NCBI GenBank assembly: GCA_963556115.3
Contig: CAUVYI020000026.1
Span: 7,029 to 71,028 of the forward strand
Direction of reading: 5' to 3'
From: Planctomycetota bacterium
Lineage (GTDB): Bacteria > Planctomycetota > SZUA-567
DNA: 64,000 nt
In this document: positions 20,058 through 29,653 of the stretch, piece by piece
Position numbering within the stretch: the stretch's first letter is position 1
Layout: each line of letters opens with the position of its first letter
Program-made: the position numbers and the translations under genes
Notes under the pieces: generated by a model
Databases searched by the model: none
Told to the model about the DNA's origin: nothing
Seen by the model: only the letters and a program-made list of their open reading frames with translations

Positions 20058-20085
20058 ATTGTATGTGATTGCTATGGTAAGTCAA
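20058..20085 (-). promoter_or_regulatory. Candidate sigma-70 promoter for mnmG (TTGACT-N16-TACAAT on the minus strand)
   Basis: Hexamers were read on the reverse complement, about 50 nt upstream of the ATG at 20009. Confidence 0.4.
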
Positions 20086-20109
20086 GGGCTGGTAATAATT
20101 AATCGTTGC

Positions 20110-20681
20110 TGAACTAAGTGGTGCGAAAGGGTGAGAACTCTTTTTTACAAACGGTGTCCGTTTGATCACGATTTTCGCAAAGCGTGATGCGTGAGCTTGG
20201 GACTTGTTTAGATATTATTTGTTATGACTGAGACTTCCGCTAATCCGCGAAAATTGCCAACGCAATTTTCTTTGCTTCGCTAAAACGAATAATACAGCCG
20301 GTAACGCAGTTACTGGCTGAGGTTGCTTCTGCAGCCTGTCCATTTGTACCTAGATGTCTGAAAATATGAACTAGGGTAATATTTTCAAACCATGTGCGTT
20401 TTCCGAGAGGATGCATGCGAACTGCAAACTAGTGAGCAATGAGTCGTGGGCATATCCCTAGATGCTGGGTGTTCGAGCAGGCGAGAACTAAGCAGTCCCT
20501 TTTTACGGGCATTAAAATTCTCAAACCTCTGAGTAAAGGCTCCGTGTTCTTACAACCTCGGTGCGCAGTCTGCATAGGGCATATTTTGCAAAGTGTAATT
20601 TGAGAGCTTGGGGTAATATAAAACAGTGGGAGTGTTTTCTGCTTAAAACTAGATGATAGGCAGAGTGAGAGAGTAGGTATG
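20110..20681. other. About 570 bp without an ORF, containing two related sequence modules and several hairpins; function unknown
   Basis: No ORF of 60 aa or more in any frame. Segments 20171-20201 and 20583-20612 are about 83 percent identical. GAGAACT...CTTTTTAC recurs at 20133-20148 and 20483-20506. Hairpins lie at 20148-20164, 20249-20270 and 20297-20317. Confidence 0.5.
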
Positions 20682-22010
20682 CTACCTGAGCATTGAGGCT
20701 ATCTTCTGGATAAACTTCTCATCACCTTGTTCTTGAGCGCAATCGGCGAGGAAGGTTACTGCAGAATCAAGGTTGCGCTTAGCTTCATCATTTTCGCTCC
20801 ACTTCTCCAGCGCATTTTGAAAGTAGAGGATCGCTTTGAGGATCTCGCCGTAATCCTTGCTGATCTTACCTTGTGCTAAAATTTTCTTGGCTTTGGTCGA
20901 GAGCTCAACACTCTCATAGTGGGTTTTAATTGCATTTTTGAACTCATCAACACTGCTGTATCTGTCCTCCTGTTTGGTTGACATGGCTTTCATCGCTGTC
21001 TTTAGGAGTTCACTGTTGACCCATGGTTCTTCAATAACATTATTTCCGGCATTGTTAATGCACTGGACTATACTCTCACCGGTATGTGGAACTTGACCGG
21101 TAAGTACTTCAAAGAGGATGGCTCCGAGAAGATATATATCACTCTTCTCGTTGATCTGATCCTCATAGCCCAGCGCCATCTCGGGAGCCATATAGGCAGG
21201 AGTGCCGGCGATAGCGTCTTCATAGCGGATGGGAGGCGCAAAAGAATTCTCACGTACTCCTGCGGCCAACCCCCAGTCGGTAATAAGTACCTCAGAATAT
21301 TTGCCGAGCATGACATTGTCAGGTTTGAGATCTCGGTGAATAATCCCCTGGCTGTGGGCAAAGGCAACACCATTGCAGACGGCGAGAAGTATTTCTATGT
21401 TTTCCTGGAGTGAGTTGGCGTCAATAATGTCACACCAAGGGGTACCGTCTACCAGTTTCATGGCATAGAATACGCTGTTCTCTTCATTGAGCCCTAGATC
21501 GTAGATGGGAACAATATTAGGGTGTTCCAGCCTGCCGGTGATTGCGGCTTCAGTACAGAGCTTCTGGCTGTTGGATGGACCGACTTTGGTCTGGGACTCA
21601 GATAGCTTGATAGCTACGTTTCTGCCTATAGCCTTCTGTTTGGCTTTGAGTATAATTCCCATTCCACCACTGCCAATGGTTTCGGTTATCTCATAGTCGA
21701 TTGAGTCTTCGGGCGCAACTTTTGAGGTGATGTTTGAGCCATCAAAGAGAATTGCGAAGTTGCGAGGATTGGTATTGACTTTGAGTTCGGCATGTTCTGG
21801 AGCTATTTTAACCTTGCTCTTGTTGGGGGCAAGTAAGTCATTCTCGGAAAAGAAGCCACTATTGCTTTCCCGCGGTACAGAGGTTGTAGCATGGCGTAGG
21901 ATTGAGGTGGTAGAGGTTATCTTGATCTCATTATTACAGGCGGGACATCTGTGATTTTTGATCTCGATCTTTGAAAGTACTTTTCGGCAGTTTGGACAGC
22001 GAATAACCAT
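20682..22010 (-). CDS. Ser/Thr protein kinase with N-terminal zinc ribbon and C-terminal helical domain
   Basis: CPNC...CPAC, then the Hanks motifs HRDLKPDNVM, ITDWGLA and GTPAYMAPE. Confidence 0.85.
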   Translation of the reverse strand: MVIRCPNCRKVLSKIEIKNHRCPACNNEIKITSTTSILRHATTSVPRESNSGFFSENDLLAPNKSKVKIAPEHAELKVNTNPRNFAILFDGSNITSKVAPEDSIDYEITETIGSGGMGIILKAKQKAIGRNVAIKLSESQTKVGPSNSQKLCTEAAITGRLEHPNIVPIYDLGLNEENSVFYAMKLVDGTPWCDIIDANSLQENIEILLAVCNGVAFAHSQGIIHRDLKPDNVMLGKYSEVLITDWGLAAGVRENSFAPPIRYEDAIAGTPAYMAPEMALGYEDQINEKSDIYLLGAILFEVLTGQVPHTGESIVQCINNAGNNVIEEPWVNSELLKTAMKAMSTKQEDRYSSVDEFKNAIKTHYESVELSTKAKKILAQGKISKDYGEILKAILYFQNALEKWSENDEAKRNLDSAVTFLADCAQEQGDEKFIQKIASMLR

Positions 22011-22150
22011 TCCTCTCCCCTTGAAATAAGTCATGTTACAAATGAGTTACAGCTAACCCTGTATATTTTAACGTATTTGTTTGGTTTTTGCAAGTTTATG
22101 CAGTTAGTTTTTTTTGTTTTAATAAATGTTTGGTGTCGTGGAGTTTAATC

Positions 22151-22179
22151 TTGACTAATGGTCACGTGTTCGGTATTAT
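22151..22179 (+). promoter_or_regulatory. Candidate sigma-70 promoter (TTGACT-N17-TATTAT) for the TetR-efflux operon; the spacer contains CACGTG
   Basis: Hexamers and spacing were counted directly. It lies 48 nt upstream of the TTG start at 22227. Confidence 0.45.
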
Positions 22180-22226
22180 ATGCGGTAAGAGAATATAATA
22201 ATTATAGGCTATTGTGAGGATTAGAG

Positions 22227-23018
22227 TTGAGTATTGCATCAAGAAAAGAGAGGGAATTTAAAGATAGGGAACAATTGATACTCAAGACGTCATTCAAAAT
22301 GTTGTTGTATGAAGGGTATATAGGGTTCACTATTGATAAGTTGGCGAAGAAGATTGATTATGCCAAGGGTACGGTGTACAAGCACTTTTCCTGTAAGGAG
22401 GATATTCTGATGAAGATTCTTCTGGATAGTTCGGAACAGCGGTTGTCGATTATTGATCGAGCTGTTGATCTGGATTTGCCGGAAAGGGCGCGCTTGATCG
22501 TCAGTTTTTCCGGGGATAGAATTTATAAGAAGTTGAATCCGAATCTGCATAAGATAATGCTGATTGCCAGAGTTGAATCGATCTGGAATAAAGTCAGCAG
22601 AGATATTAAGCTGGCCTATGATGAAATGCTGCAAAGAAAATACCTGCGCTTTGACCAGTTGTTAGCCAAGGCGCTTGCCAGCGGATGTCTTGTGCTCAAT
22701 GGGCATTGTAGTGCGGATATCTTCTTTACCTTGCTCAGTATAACTATCGGGTATAGTTCGCTGCTGCGGGGAGGGGGGAGTGATAACCTGCAAGGAAAAT
22801 TCCATGATTGTTTCATTGATTCCTTGGTTATCCAGGATGGAGACCGGGCACTGAGCTTGAGTTTGAATACTTATTTGGATGGGCTGAACTGGAGACCATT
22901 GTCCTCTGAATATGATTACTTTGCCTTGGAGGAAGAGGCGGCGAAAACGGTTTACTCCGATCTTACAGCGATGTTGGCAAAAGGCGAGGTCTTTGAATAT
23001 GTCAGCACTAACCTGTAA
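22227..23018 (+). CDS. TetR/AcrR-family transcriptional regulator
   Basis: N-terminal HTH FTIDKLAKKIDYAKGTVYKHF. Confidence 0.8.
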   Translation: MSIASRKEREFKDREQLILKTSFKMLLYEGYIGFTIDKLAKKIDYAKGTVYKHFSCKEDILMKILLDSSEQRLSIIDRAVDLDLPERARLIVSFSGDRIYKKLNPNLHKIMLIARVESIWNKVSRDIKLAYDEMLQRKYLRFDQLLAKALASGCLVLNGHCSADIFFTLLSITIGYSSLLRGGGSDNLQGKFHDCFIDSLVIQDGDRALSLSLNTYLDGLNWRPLSSEYDYFALEEEAAKTVYSDLTAMLAKGEVFEYVSTNL

Positions 23019-23066
23019 GGAGTAATTTAAAATTGAACAGAAATGTTTTATTGAAAAGGAATTCTG

Positions 23067-24197
23067 ATGGAGACATCGAACAAAGGTAGAAAAATTAAGT
23101 CTGCAATATTCTCCAATCTCCCGTTTGTAGTAATGTTATTGGTCTTTCTGGGAGGTATTGTGCTCTTTGCCAAACTAACCGGAGAAAAACGGGCGGAGAA
23201 GATTCGGCAAACTGCTGAAATTGCTGAAAATGCGGTAGCTGAACGGACTAATATTGAGGTGATTACCACTGCACCTACAGAAATTGTCGATTCTATCATG
23301 CTTCCCGGGGTTGTTCGTTCCTGGGAGAGTGTTACCCTCAAAGCCGAGGTTACCGGGCGTATTACCGAGATCCTCAAAGATGAGGGAGATGTGGTCAAGC
23401 AGGGGGATGTCATAGCCCGGATTGATAACCGTGATTATATTGCTGCGGTCAAGGAGGCGAAGTCCAGCCTGGAAAAAGCTAAGAGTGATCTGGAACGAAA
23501 TGAAACTCTCTTCAAGAAGAAGGTGATCTCGCAATCGGTCTATGACTCAATTGTCGCTCCGGCACTCGCGGCGGAGGCAGGGCTGGATATGGCGGAGCTT
23601 GCTTTGGAACGAACAGAAATCAAGGCGTCTTTTGATGGGGTGGTTAATCAGCGCTACATACAAGTCGGTGCACTCGTGACCCCTGGGACTGCGGTTGTCG
23701 ATGTTCTCGATACCTCGAAGGTGCGCGTCAATATCTTCATTCCCGAGAAAGATGTACTCAAGGTAACAGGTCTTGAAGAGGCCAAGGTCTATCTCACTGA
23801 GGAGAAAAAGCAAGGATTTGACGGGAAAAAGGTATTTCTCTCACTCCGCCCGGCTGATGGAGCGCAGGCCTATAAATTTCAGCTTGAGGTCGATAATAAG
23901 GACGGTCTGCTCCGTCCGGGGATGTTTGTGGAGAGCGATATTGTTCGGGGAATAAAACAGGACGCTTTGGTTTTGCCGTTATTTGCAGTTATTCCAGTCG
24001 GTACAAAGATGTTCTGCTATGTCGAAGAGGATGGAATCGCCCGCAGGCGCGAGATTGAAACCGGTATTATTGATGGTGACAGGGTTGAGGTGGTCTCGGG
24101 GCTTAAAGCAGGTGAACGGGTAATCATAAAAGGGCAGAGACAACTCGAAGAAGGAGAATTGGTCGAGGTGGTCAAGGTATATAATTCATCACTCTAG
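23067..24197 (+). CDS. RND efflux periplasmic adaptor (membrane fusion protein, HlyD family)
   Basis: N-terminal anchor, lipoyl-like motif (VKQGDVIARID), a coiled-coil hairpin and a beta-barrel domain. Confidence 0.85.
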   Translation: METSNKGRKIKSAIFSNLPFVVMLLVFLGGIVLFAKLTGEKRAEKIRQTAEIAENAVAERTNIEVITTAPTEIVDSIMLPGVVRSWESVTLKAEVTGRITEILKDEGDVVKQGDVIARIDNRDYIAAVKEAKSSLEKAKSDLERNETLFKKKVISQSVYDSIVAPALAAEAGLDMAELALERTEIKASFDGVVNQRYIQVGALVTPGTAVVDVLDTSKVRVNIFIPEKDVLKVTGLEEAKVYLTEEKKQGFDGKKVFLSLRPADGAQAYKFQLEVDNKDGLLRPGMFVESDIVRGIKQDALVLPLFAVIPVGTKMFCYVEEDGIARRREIETGIIDGDRVEVVSGLKAGERVIIKGQRQLEEGELVEVVKVYNSSL

Positions 24198-24264
24198 TAT
24201 CTGCATGACCTGTTTTTTTTGAGAAGAGAATTAAGGGTGCGGAAAGAACTTACGAAAGAAAACG

Positions 24265-27200
24265 ATGATAATTTCAAATATTGCCGTAGATAAAAGAGTA
24301 ACTGTATATGTAATGACTGTAATTCTGGCAATTGCAGGTTATATATCCTATAATCTCATGCCGCGGGAGGCTGAGCCGGAGGTGATTATTCCGAATATCT
24401 TTATCAGTACTTCATATCGCGGGGTCTCTGCGGAGATTATTGAGAAGCAGATTACTAAGAAGATAGAGGATAAGCTTAAGGGGTTGGATAATGTCAAGGA
24501 GATAACCTCCTCTTCATTTGAGGGTTCGAGCGAGATAAATGTCGAGTTTATCGACGGAACGGATATTAATCAGGCTGAGTTTGATGTCAAGGACGCGGTC
24601 GATCGTGCTAAGGCTGATCTGCCGACAGATCTGGAGAATGATCCACTGGTATATGACCTCAATCTCTCTGAGACTCCTTTTTATATCTTTGCCATCAAGG
24701 GAGCAGATAAGCGAGAACTACGCAAGATCGCTGAGGATCTACAGGAGCGTCTGGAGGCAATTCCCGGAGTGCTTGAAGTCGATATCAGTGGTGGGCTGGA
24801 GCGTGAGATTCATATCGAGATTGATCCCATGCGTATGGCTCTCTTTAAAGTAAATATGTCGGATGTAGCTGCGTTGATTGCCGGCGAGAATAGTGATTTT
24901 TCCGGGGGTAGCATCCGGACTGCTGAGGCTAAGTTTCAGGTCAAGATCGAAGGAGAGTTTAAAGATGCAGATGAGGCGGGAAAAATTGTTGTCGCCACTG
25001 CACCCAACGGTTCGCCAGTATATCTCGATGATATCGCAACGATTGATGATGGGAATAAAGATCTGGATTCTGACGGGCGTATCGATGGGCTTGACAGTGT
25101 GAACCTGTATGTGAAGAAGAAGAGCGGAGAGAATATCGTCCAGCTGGTTGAGCGAGTCAAGGACGGTATAAAGGAAGATCAGCAGGGGTGGCCCAAAGGG
25201 GTGAACTATATAGTCCTGCAGGATAAGGGCGAGCGGGTAGAGAACCAGGTGGCGGATCTGGAGAATAATATTATCACCGGGTTGATCCTGGTGGTGCTGG
25301 TGGTCTGTTTTGCTATGGGTATTCGTAACTCCATATTGGTTTCTCTCTCTATTCCGCTCTCCATGCTCTTATCATTTATCGTACTCAAGGCGATTGGGGT
25401 TACTCTCAATATGGTGGTGCTTTTCGGGCTGACCATTGCTCTTGGGATGTTGGTAGATAATGCGATTGTAATCGTGGAGAACATCTTCAGGTTTATGCAG
25501 AGCGGGATGGGAAGGATTGAGGCGGCGAAGAAGGCTACCGGGGAAGTGGCTTGGGCGATTATAGGTTCGTCACTGACCACAATGGGAGCATACTTTCCGC
25601 TTGCACTCTGGGATGGGATTATGGGGCAGTTTATGCGCTATATTCCAATTACGGTTATTACTACTTTGGTGTGTTGTCTCTTTGTGGCATTAGTAATCAA
25701 TCCGGCGATGGCGGCAGGATTGATGAAGGTTAAAAAGAAAAAGATGCATAAAGTCCTGGGTGAGCATGCCCGGAATGATAATTTCTTTATTGCCGGGTAT
25801 CGTAAGCTCTTACGTTGTTCGCTGGGTTTACGTGATGACGGCGGGGCGCAGCGGGTATTTCCTCGAGTCTGTGTGCTTCTCGGTTCGGGGCTGGCTCTGG
25901 TGTTGGCGATAGCTTTTTGGATGTACAGGATCGGTTATAATATTCCGGTTGAGTTTTTTCCGTCTACCGACCCAGAGCAGATTGAGCTTGTAATGACTAT
26001 GCCTTCCGGGGCGAGCCTTGATTACTGTGATTCTGTACTCAAGGATGCCGAGAAGCGCTTCTATAACGCCGATTATGAGCAGGTCGAGTTTGAGGAGGCG
26101 ATCAAGCCCAAGGAACAGATCGATAAAAAAGGTAAGAAGTATATGTCGGTCAGCGATATTCCAAATATTGAGTTTGTCTATACCAAGGCGAATTCAATTA
26201 CCAATGATAATTCGGTTACTATAGAATTTATCGATATGGAAGATCGTACCGAGAAGAGTTATAATACTATAGATAAGCTTTGGGAGCGTGTGAAGAATCT
26301 GACAGGGGCGGATTTTACCTTTGAGAAAGTGAAGATGGGGCCGCCAACGGGAGCCGCAGTCGAGGTGGAGATCTCGGGCGATGACCTTGACGTGTTGGCG
26401 ATGGAGGCGGAACGCTTTAAGAAAATTATCCAGACGATTCCTTTTACCAATAATATTCGCGATGATGCAGGGCAGTCAAAGCCTACAATGAAATTGGAGA
26501 TTGATCGTAAGCGTGCAGCACTCCTTGGAATGTCGAGCAATATGATCGGTTATGTCCTGACAACTGCGATTAATGGTATTAAAATAGATGATTTCAGGGA
26601 TGGAGATGATGAATATGATATTCTGATTCGCTTTGACGATAAGAGCAGGAAATTGGTTGATACCTTGTCGCAGATCTTTATACCTACGTCGACAGGGAGT
26701 ATGGTGCCGCTCTCTACTGTAACTAACTTGAGCTATACCAACGGTATTGGAACGATAAAGCGCAAGGATCGCAAGCGTGTGGTTACGGTTTCTGCTGATA
26801 TTGATGAGACCAAGACCTCGGGAGCGGCGGTGCGTAATGCGCTTAGTCAGAAACTGGAGGCTACTGATTTCTCCCTGCCGGTCGGCTATACATATCGTTT
26901 CTCTGGAGAGGATGAAGAACAGAATGAGGCTAGTGATTTCTTGATCTATGCTGGTGGAGTATCTATTGCTCTGATCTTCTTTGTCTTGGTGGCGCAGTTC
27001 AACTCGGTAATCTATCCGTTTATTATTTTGACTTCGGTTGTGCTCTCTTTTACCGGAGTATTCTTCGGGCTTGGAGCTTTTGCTATGCCGTTTGGTATTA
27101 TTATGACTGGGGTGGGGGTTATCTCGTTGGCCGGTGTTGTGGTGAATAATTCTATCGTGCTTATCGAGTATATCTTGCAGCTGCGTGAGACTGGAATGAC

Positions 27201-27558
27201 CTTGAGCGAGGCTATAGAAGAGGCGTGTGTGACCAGGCTCAGACCGGTTATTTTAACCACAATTACAACAGTTCTTGGCTTTATGCCGATGGTTACTGGC
27301 ATAAGTTGGGATTTTCATCCTGACAGCTTTGGGATGCAGTTCGCCAGTGAATCGACGCAGATGTGGCAGCCGATGGCGGTGGCGATGATGTTCGGGCTGA
27401 TCTTCGCCACACTTCTTACTCTGATTGTCTTGCCGAGCCTGGTCTCGCTGATAGAGTCGGTTAAGCTGCGCTTGGGAATTACTGCGACAGCAATTCATAG
27501 TTCATATAAGGGACTCAGAAGAGGTTATAAGCGCTTTGTAATAAAGCGCTTGAAGTAG
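24265..27558 (+). CDS. RND efflux permease (AcrB/HAE family)
   Basis: 1097 aa with two large periplasmic loops, each followed by a multi-span TM bundle. It follows the adaptor gene. Confidence 0.9.
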   Translation: MIISNIAVDKRVTVYVMTVILAIAGYISYNLMPREAEPEVIIPNIFISTSYRGVSAEIIEKQITKKIEDKLKGLDNVKEITSSSFEGSSEINVEFIDGTDINQAEFDVKDAVDRAKADLPTDLENDPLVYDLNLSETPFYIFAIKGADKRELRKIAEDLQERLEAIPGVLEVDISGGLEREIHIEIDPMRMALFKVNMSDVAALIAGENSDFSGGSIRTAEAKFQVKIEGEFKDADEAGKIVVATAPNGSPVYLDDIATIDDGNKDLDSDGRIDGLDSVNLYVKKKSGENIVQLVERVKDGIKEDQQGWPKGVNYIVLQDKGERVENQVADLENNIITGLILVVLVVCFAMGIRNSILVSLSIPLSMLLSFIVLKAIGVTLNMVVLFGLTIALGMLVDNAIVIVENIFRFMQSGMGRIEAAKKATGEVAWAIIGSSLTTMGAYFPLALWDGIMGQFMRYIPITVITTLVCCLFVALVINPAMAAGLMKVKKKKMHKVLGEHARNDNFFIAGYRKLLRCSLGLRDDGGAQRVFPRVCVLLGSGLALVLAIAFWMYRIGYNIPVEFFPSTDPEQIELVMTMPSGASLDYCDSVLKDAEKRFYNADYEQVEFEEAIKPKEQIDKKGKKYMSVSDIPNIEFVYTKANSITNDNSVTIEFIDMEDRTEKSYNTIDKLWERVKNLTGADFTFEKVKMGPPTGAAVEVEISGDDLDVLAMEAERFKKIIQTIPFTNNIRDDAGQSKPTMKLEIDRKRAALLGMSSNMIGYVLTTAINGIKIDDFRDGDDEYDILIRFDDKSRKLVDTLSQIFIPTSTGSMVPLSTVTNLSYTNGIGTIKRKDRKRVVTVSADIDETKTSGAAVRNALSQKLEATDFSLPVGYTYRFSGEDEEQNEASDFLIYAGGVSIALIFFVLVAQFNSVIYPFIILTSVVLSFTGVFFGLGAFAMPFGIIMTGVGVISLAGVVVNNSIVLIEYILQLRETGMTLSEAIEEACVTRLRPVILTTITTVLGFMPMVTGISWDFHPDSFGMQFASESTQMWQPMAVAMMFGLIFATLLTLIVLPSLVSLIESVKLRLGITATAIHSSYKGLRRGYKRFVIKRLK

Positions 27559-27603
27559 TCAGTTGAGGTATAATGTTGTAATGTGAGGAATGCTTGAAGT
27601 ATA

Positions 27604-27639
27604 AAGCCCGGGTTGCTGCAGTTGCGGCAACCCGGGCTT
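27604..27639. terminator. GC-rich hairpin between convergent RND and PhzF genes (13-bp perfect stem AAGCCCGGGTTGC / GCAACCCGGGCTT)
   Basis: Read directly from the sequence. Confidence 0.6.
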
Positions 27640-27723
27640 GGTATAAGCAGGTAGTATTATGGCAATCTCTAAGAATTACATAATTATTGCGCAATTCATT
27701 AAAAGCAATTAATAGAGGTCGCC

Positions 27724-28569
27724 TTAATTCAATCTGCCACTGGCTACCTCAATAACTCGCCCGCCAATTCGGATATTTCCGCCGGTTACTTTGAGTTTGA
27801 TTATAGACTCTCTCTTTATTTCAAAGCCTTGTTCCAGCGAGAGGTCGATATCCCTATTTGTATACTTGGCCAGATAGGCAGCGAGGCAGCCGGCCGAGCT
27901 GCCGGTAGCCGGGTCTTCGCTTATACCTAGGCAACCAACGAAAGCGCGCGCATTCAAGTGATTTTCTGGGTAGTAGGTATCGGTACAGAAAGTATAGATG
28001 GCGCGCTTAGCGCGCTGCTTGAAAAAGTCTTCAAGTCTATTCTGAGTTGGAGCGGCAGTCTTGAGTGCGGTGAGTGTCTTCAAGGGGACGATAAGGGTTG
28101 GCAGACCGGTGCTTACAGTCTGAATCGGGAGGTCGGTACGTATTGCGTTCTGGGCTAATCCTAGAAGTGCTGCGAGTTCTTCTATAGTATATGTTTCCTG
28201 AAAGCAGGCTGAGGGCTGGGTCATCCAGAGGAGGTCAGTACCGGTAGTAACCGGTATTCTGCCTATAGGTAAATCCAGGATCAATTCTGTGGCAGTAGGA
28301 TTATAATATTTATGCAGAAGATAGGCGGTGCCGAGGGTCGGGTGGCCGGCAAAAGGCAGTTCTTCCTCAGGAGTGAAGATTCGGGTTGAGTAGAGTGTGG
28401 CGCCATGCTTGGGAGCAAGAACAAAGGTTGTTTCGGAGAAGTTGAATTCGCGAGTAATCTGTTGAAGAATTTTACTTGAAGGAGTCTCTTCGAGGATAAT
28501 GGTTGCCAGTTGGTTGCCGGAGTACTTCTTTTCCGCAAAGACATCGGTAATAAAGAAACGATAACTCAT
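27724..28569 (-). CDS. PhzF-family isomerase/epimerase-fold protein
   Basis: N-terminal FITDVFAEKKYSGNQLA plus the duplicated-domain length typical of PhzF. Confidence 0.85.
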   Translation of the reverse strand: MSYRFFITDVFAEKKYSGNQLATIILEETPSSKILQQITREFNFSETTFVLAPKHGATLYSTRIFTPEEELPFAGHPTLGTAYLLHKYYNPTATELILDLPIGRIPVTTGTDLLWMTQPSACFQETYTIEELAALLGLAQNAIRTDLPIQTVSTGLPTLIVPLKTLTALKTAAPTQNRLEDFFKQRAKRAIYTFCTDTYYPENHLNARAFVGCLGISEDPATGSSAGCLAAYLAKYTNRDIDLSLEQGFEIKRESIIKLKVTGGNIRIGGRVIEVASGRLN

Positions 28570-28629
28570 AGTAATTCTTTCCAGGGTAGGGTGTGGAGAG
28601 CAGGTTGATCTAGTAAATGAGTTAATTAT

Positions 28630-28664
28630 AAAAAAAAGAACCTTCCGTGCAAGCAGGAAGGTTC
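28630..28664 (-). terminator. Intrinsic terminator after the tRNA pair (GAACCTTCC / GGAAGGTTC stem, then T8 on the minus strand)
   Basis: A 9-bp stem read directly. The A8 run at 28630-28637 gives U8 on the minus-strand transcript. Confidence 0.6.
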
Positions 28665-28670
28665 AGTTTT

Positions 28671-28748
28671 TGGCATTCCTAAGGGGATTCGAACCCCTGT
28701 TGCCAGCGTGAAAAGCTGGTGTCCTAGACCGGGCTAGACGATAGGAAC
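28671..28748 (-). tRNA. tRNA-Glu (anticodon UUC), CCA encoded
   Basis: The cloverleaf was folded by hand: acceptor GUUCCUA/UAGGAAU, anticodon stem CCAGC/GCUGG with loop UUUUCAC, T-arm GGGGUUCGAAUCCCC. Confidence 0.9.
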
Positions 28749-28783
28749 ACTTGTATATTTCGAGTTTTTTTCTATTAAAATAT

Positions 28784-28859
28784 TGGTAGGAGCGAGGGGA
28801 CTCGAACCCATGACCATCGCCTTAAAAAGGCGGTGCTCTACCAACTGAGCTACGCTCCT
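28784..28859 (-). tRNA. tRNA-Lys (anticodon UUU), CCA encoded
   Basis: Acceptor AGGAGCG/CGCUCCU, D-arm GCUCAGUUGGUAGAGC, anticodon loop UUUUUAA, T-loop GGGUUCGAGUCCC. Confidence 0.9.
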
Positions 28860-29121
28860 ATGTTTCTTTCTTAGCTCACCTCTTGCGGTGAGATTTATAT
28901 ATTATGATTTTATCGTGATAAGTCAATAACAAAAAGCAAAAAATATTAATAAATTATTCGTGGCTGTATATTGCCGCTATTAATAATAAATAACAGTCTT
29001 TTATTATAGCTTTTATCGCTAACATTTCCATGCTGTTTTTTTGTAATTGGGTTTTTATTGAATAATATGCATGTTGCTGTTTGAATAAAGAGAATATATG
29101 GCGTAAAAAATTATAATTATC

Positions 29122-29150
29122 TTGAAAATTAAACAGGTCTAGTATATAAT
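29122..29150 (+). promoter_or_regulatory. Near-consensus sigma-70 promoter TTGAAA-N17-TATAAT for the Rrf2-met operon
   Basis: Hexamers and the 17-nt spacer were counted directly. It lies 32 nt upstream of the ATG at 29182. Confidence 0.55.
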
Positions 29151-29182
29151 CCAAACAAAAGAGATCGGAAAGGTTTGGATTA
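29147..29182. promoter_or_regulatory. 10-bp perfect inverted repeat TAATCCAAAC-N16-GTTTGGATTA overlapping the -10 box and ending at the start codon; candidate operator
   Basis: Read directly. The left arm overlaps TATAAT and the right arm ends on the A of the ATG. Confidence 0.4.
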
Positions 29183-29613
29183 TGCGGTTGGCTCAGAAGA
29201 CAGTATATGCGATAAAAGCAATCTATTCGCTGGCGGATAATGTTTCCAGTCAGCCAAAGACGATACCGGTTATTGCAGCGGAGTTTGAAATTCCGGCAGC
29301 TTTCCTGCAAAATATTATGCGTGAACTCCGTGCGGCAGGTCTGGTTGAGAGTCGCAGGGGTAAGGATGGAGGCTATGTGTTGGCTGCGCGACCGGAAAAT
29401 ATCAAGGTTGCAGACGTGGTGACACTCTTCGAGGGAGAACTCTACCCGGTGGAGGGGATTGATAGTGCTAAATGGCAGGATCGCTTATTTGTCCCGCTCT
29501 GGGATCGGGCGGCAGCAGCATTGGAGGAGGTCTATATGAGTGTGGACTTTCGGGAGCTGGTGCAAAAGGGTAGGATATTGCGCTCAGGGGTAATACATGA
29601 TTATGTGATCTGA
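29182..29613 (+). CDS. Rrf2-family transcriptional regulator
   Basis: Winged-helix signature LRAAGLVESRRGKDGGYVLA and typical 143-aa length. Confidence 0.85.
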   Translation: MRLAQKTVYAIKAIYSLADNVSSQPKTIPVIAAEFEIPAAFLQNIMRELRAAGLVESRRGKDGGYVLAARPENIKVADVVTLFEGELYPVEGIDSAKWQDRLFVPLWDRAAAALEEVYMSVDFRELVQKGRILRSGVIHDYVI

Positions 29614-29653
29614 AGAGGATCCGAAGTACTCTACGCTATAAAGGAGAATAAAT

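Noticed and set aside
20110-20681. RNase P RNA, tmRNA or SRP RNA in the ORF-free region.
   Set aside because: I looked on both strands for GGAAAGUCC and ACAGAACCCGGCUUA (RNase P), for the GGGG...UCCACCA ends and an Ala-rich tag frame (tmRNA), and for the GGAA-tetraloop/AGCA motif (SRP). None is present. One short resemblance to the RNase P J11/12 region (UGCAAACUAGUGAGCAA) stands alone.
28954-29310. 118-aa minus-strand ORF.
   Set aside because: It runs through the AT-rich promoter region and the 5' end of the Rrf2 gene, and its composition is not protein-like.
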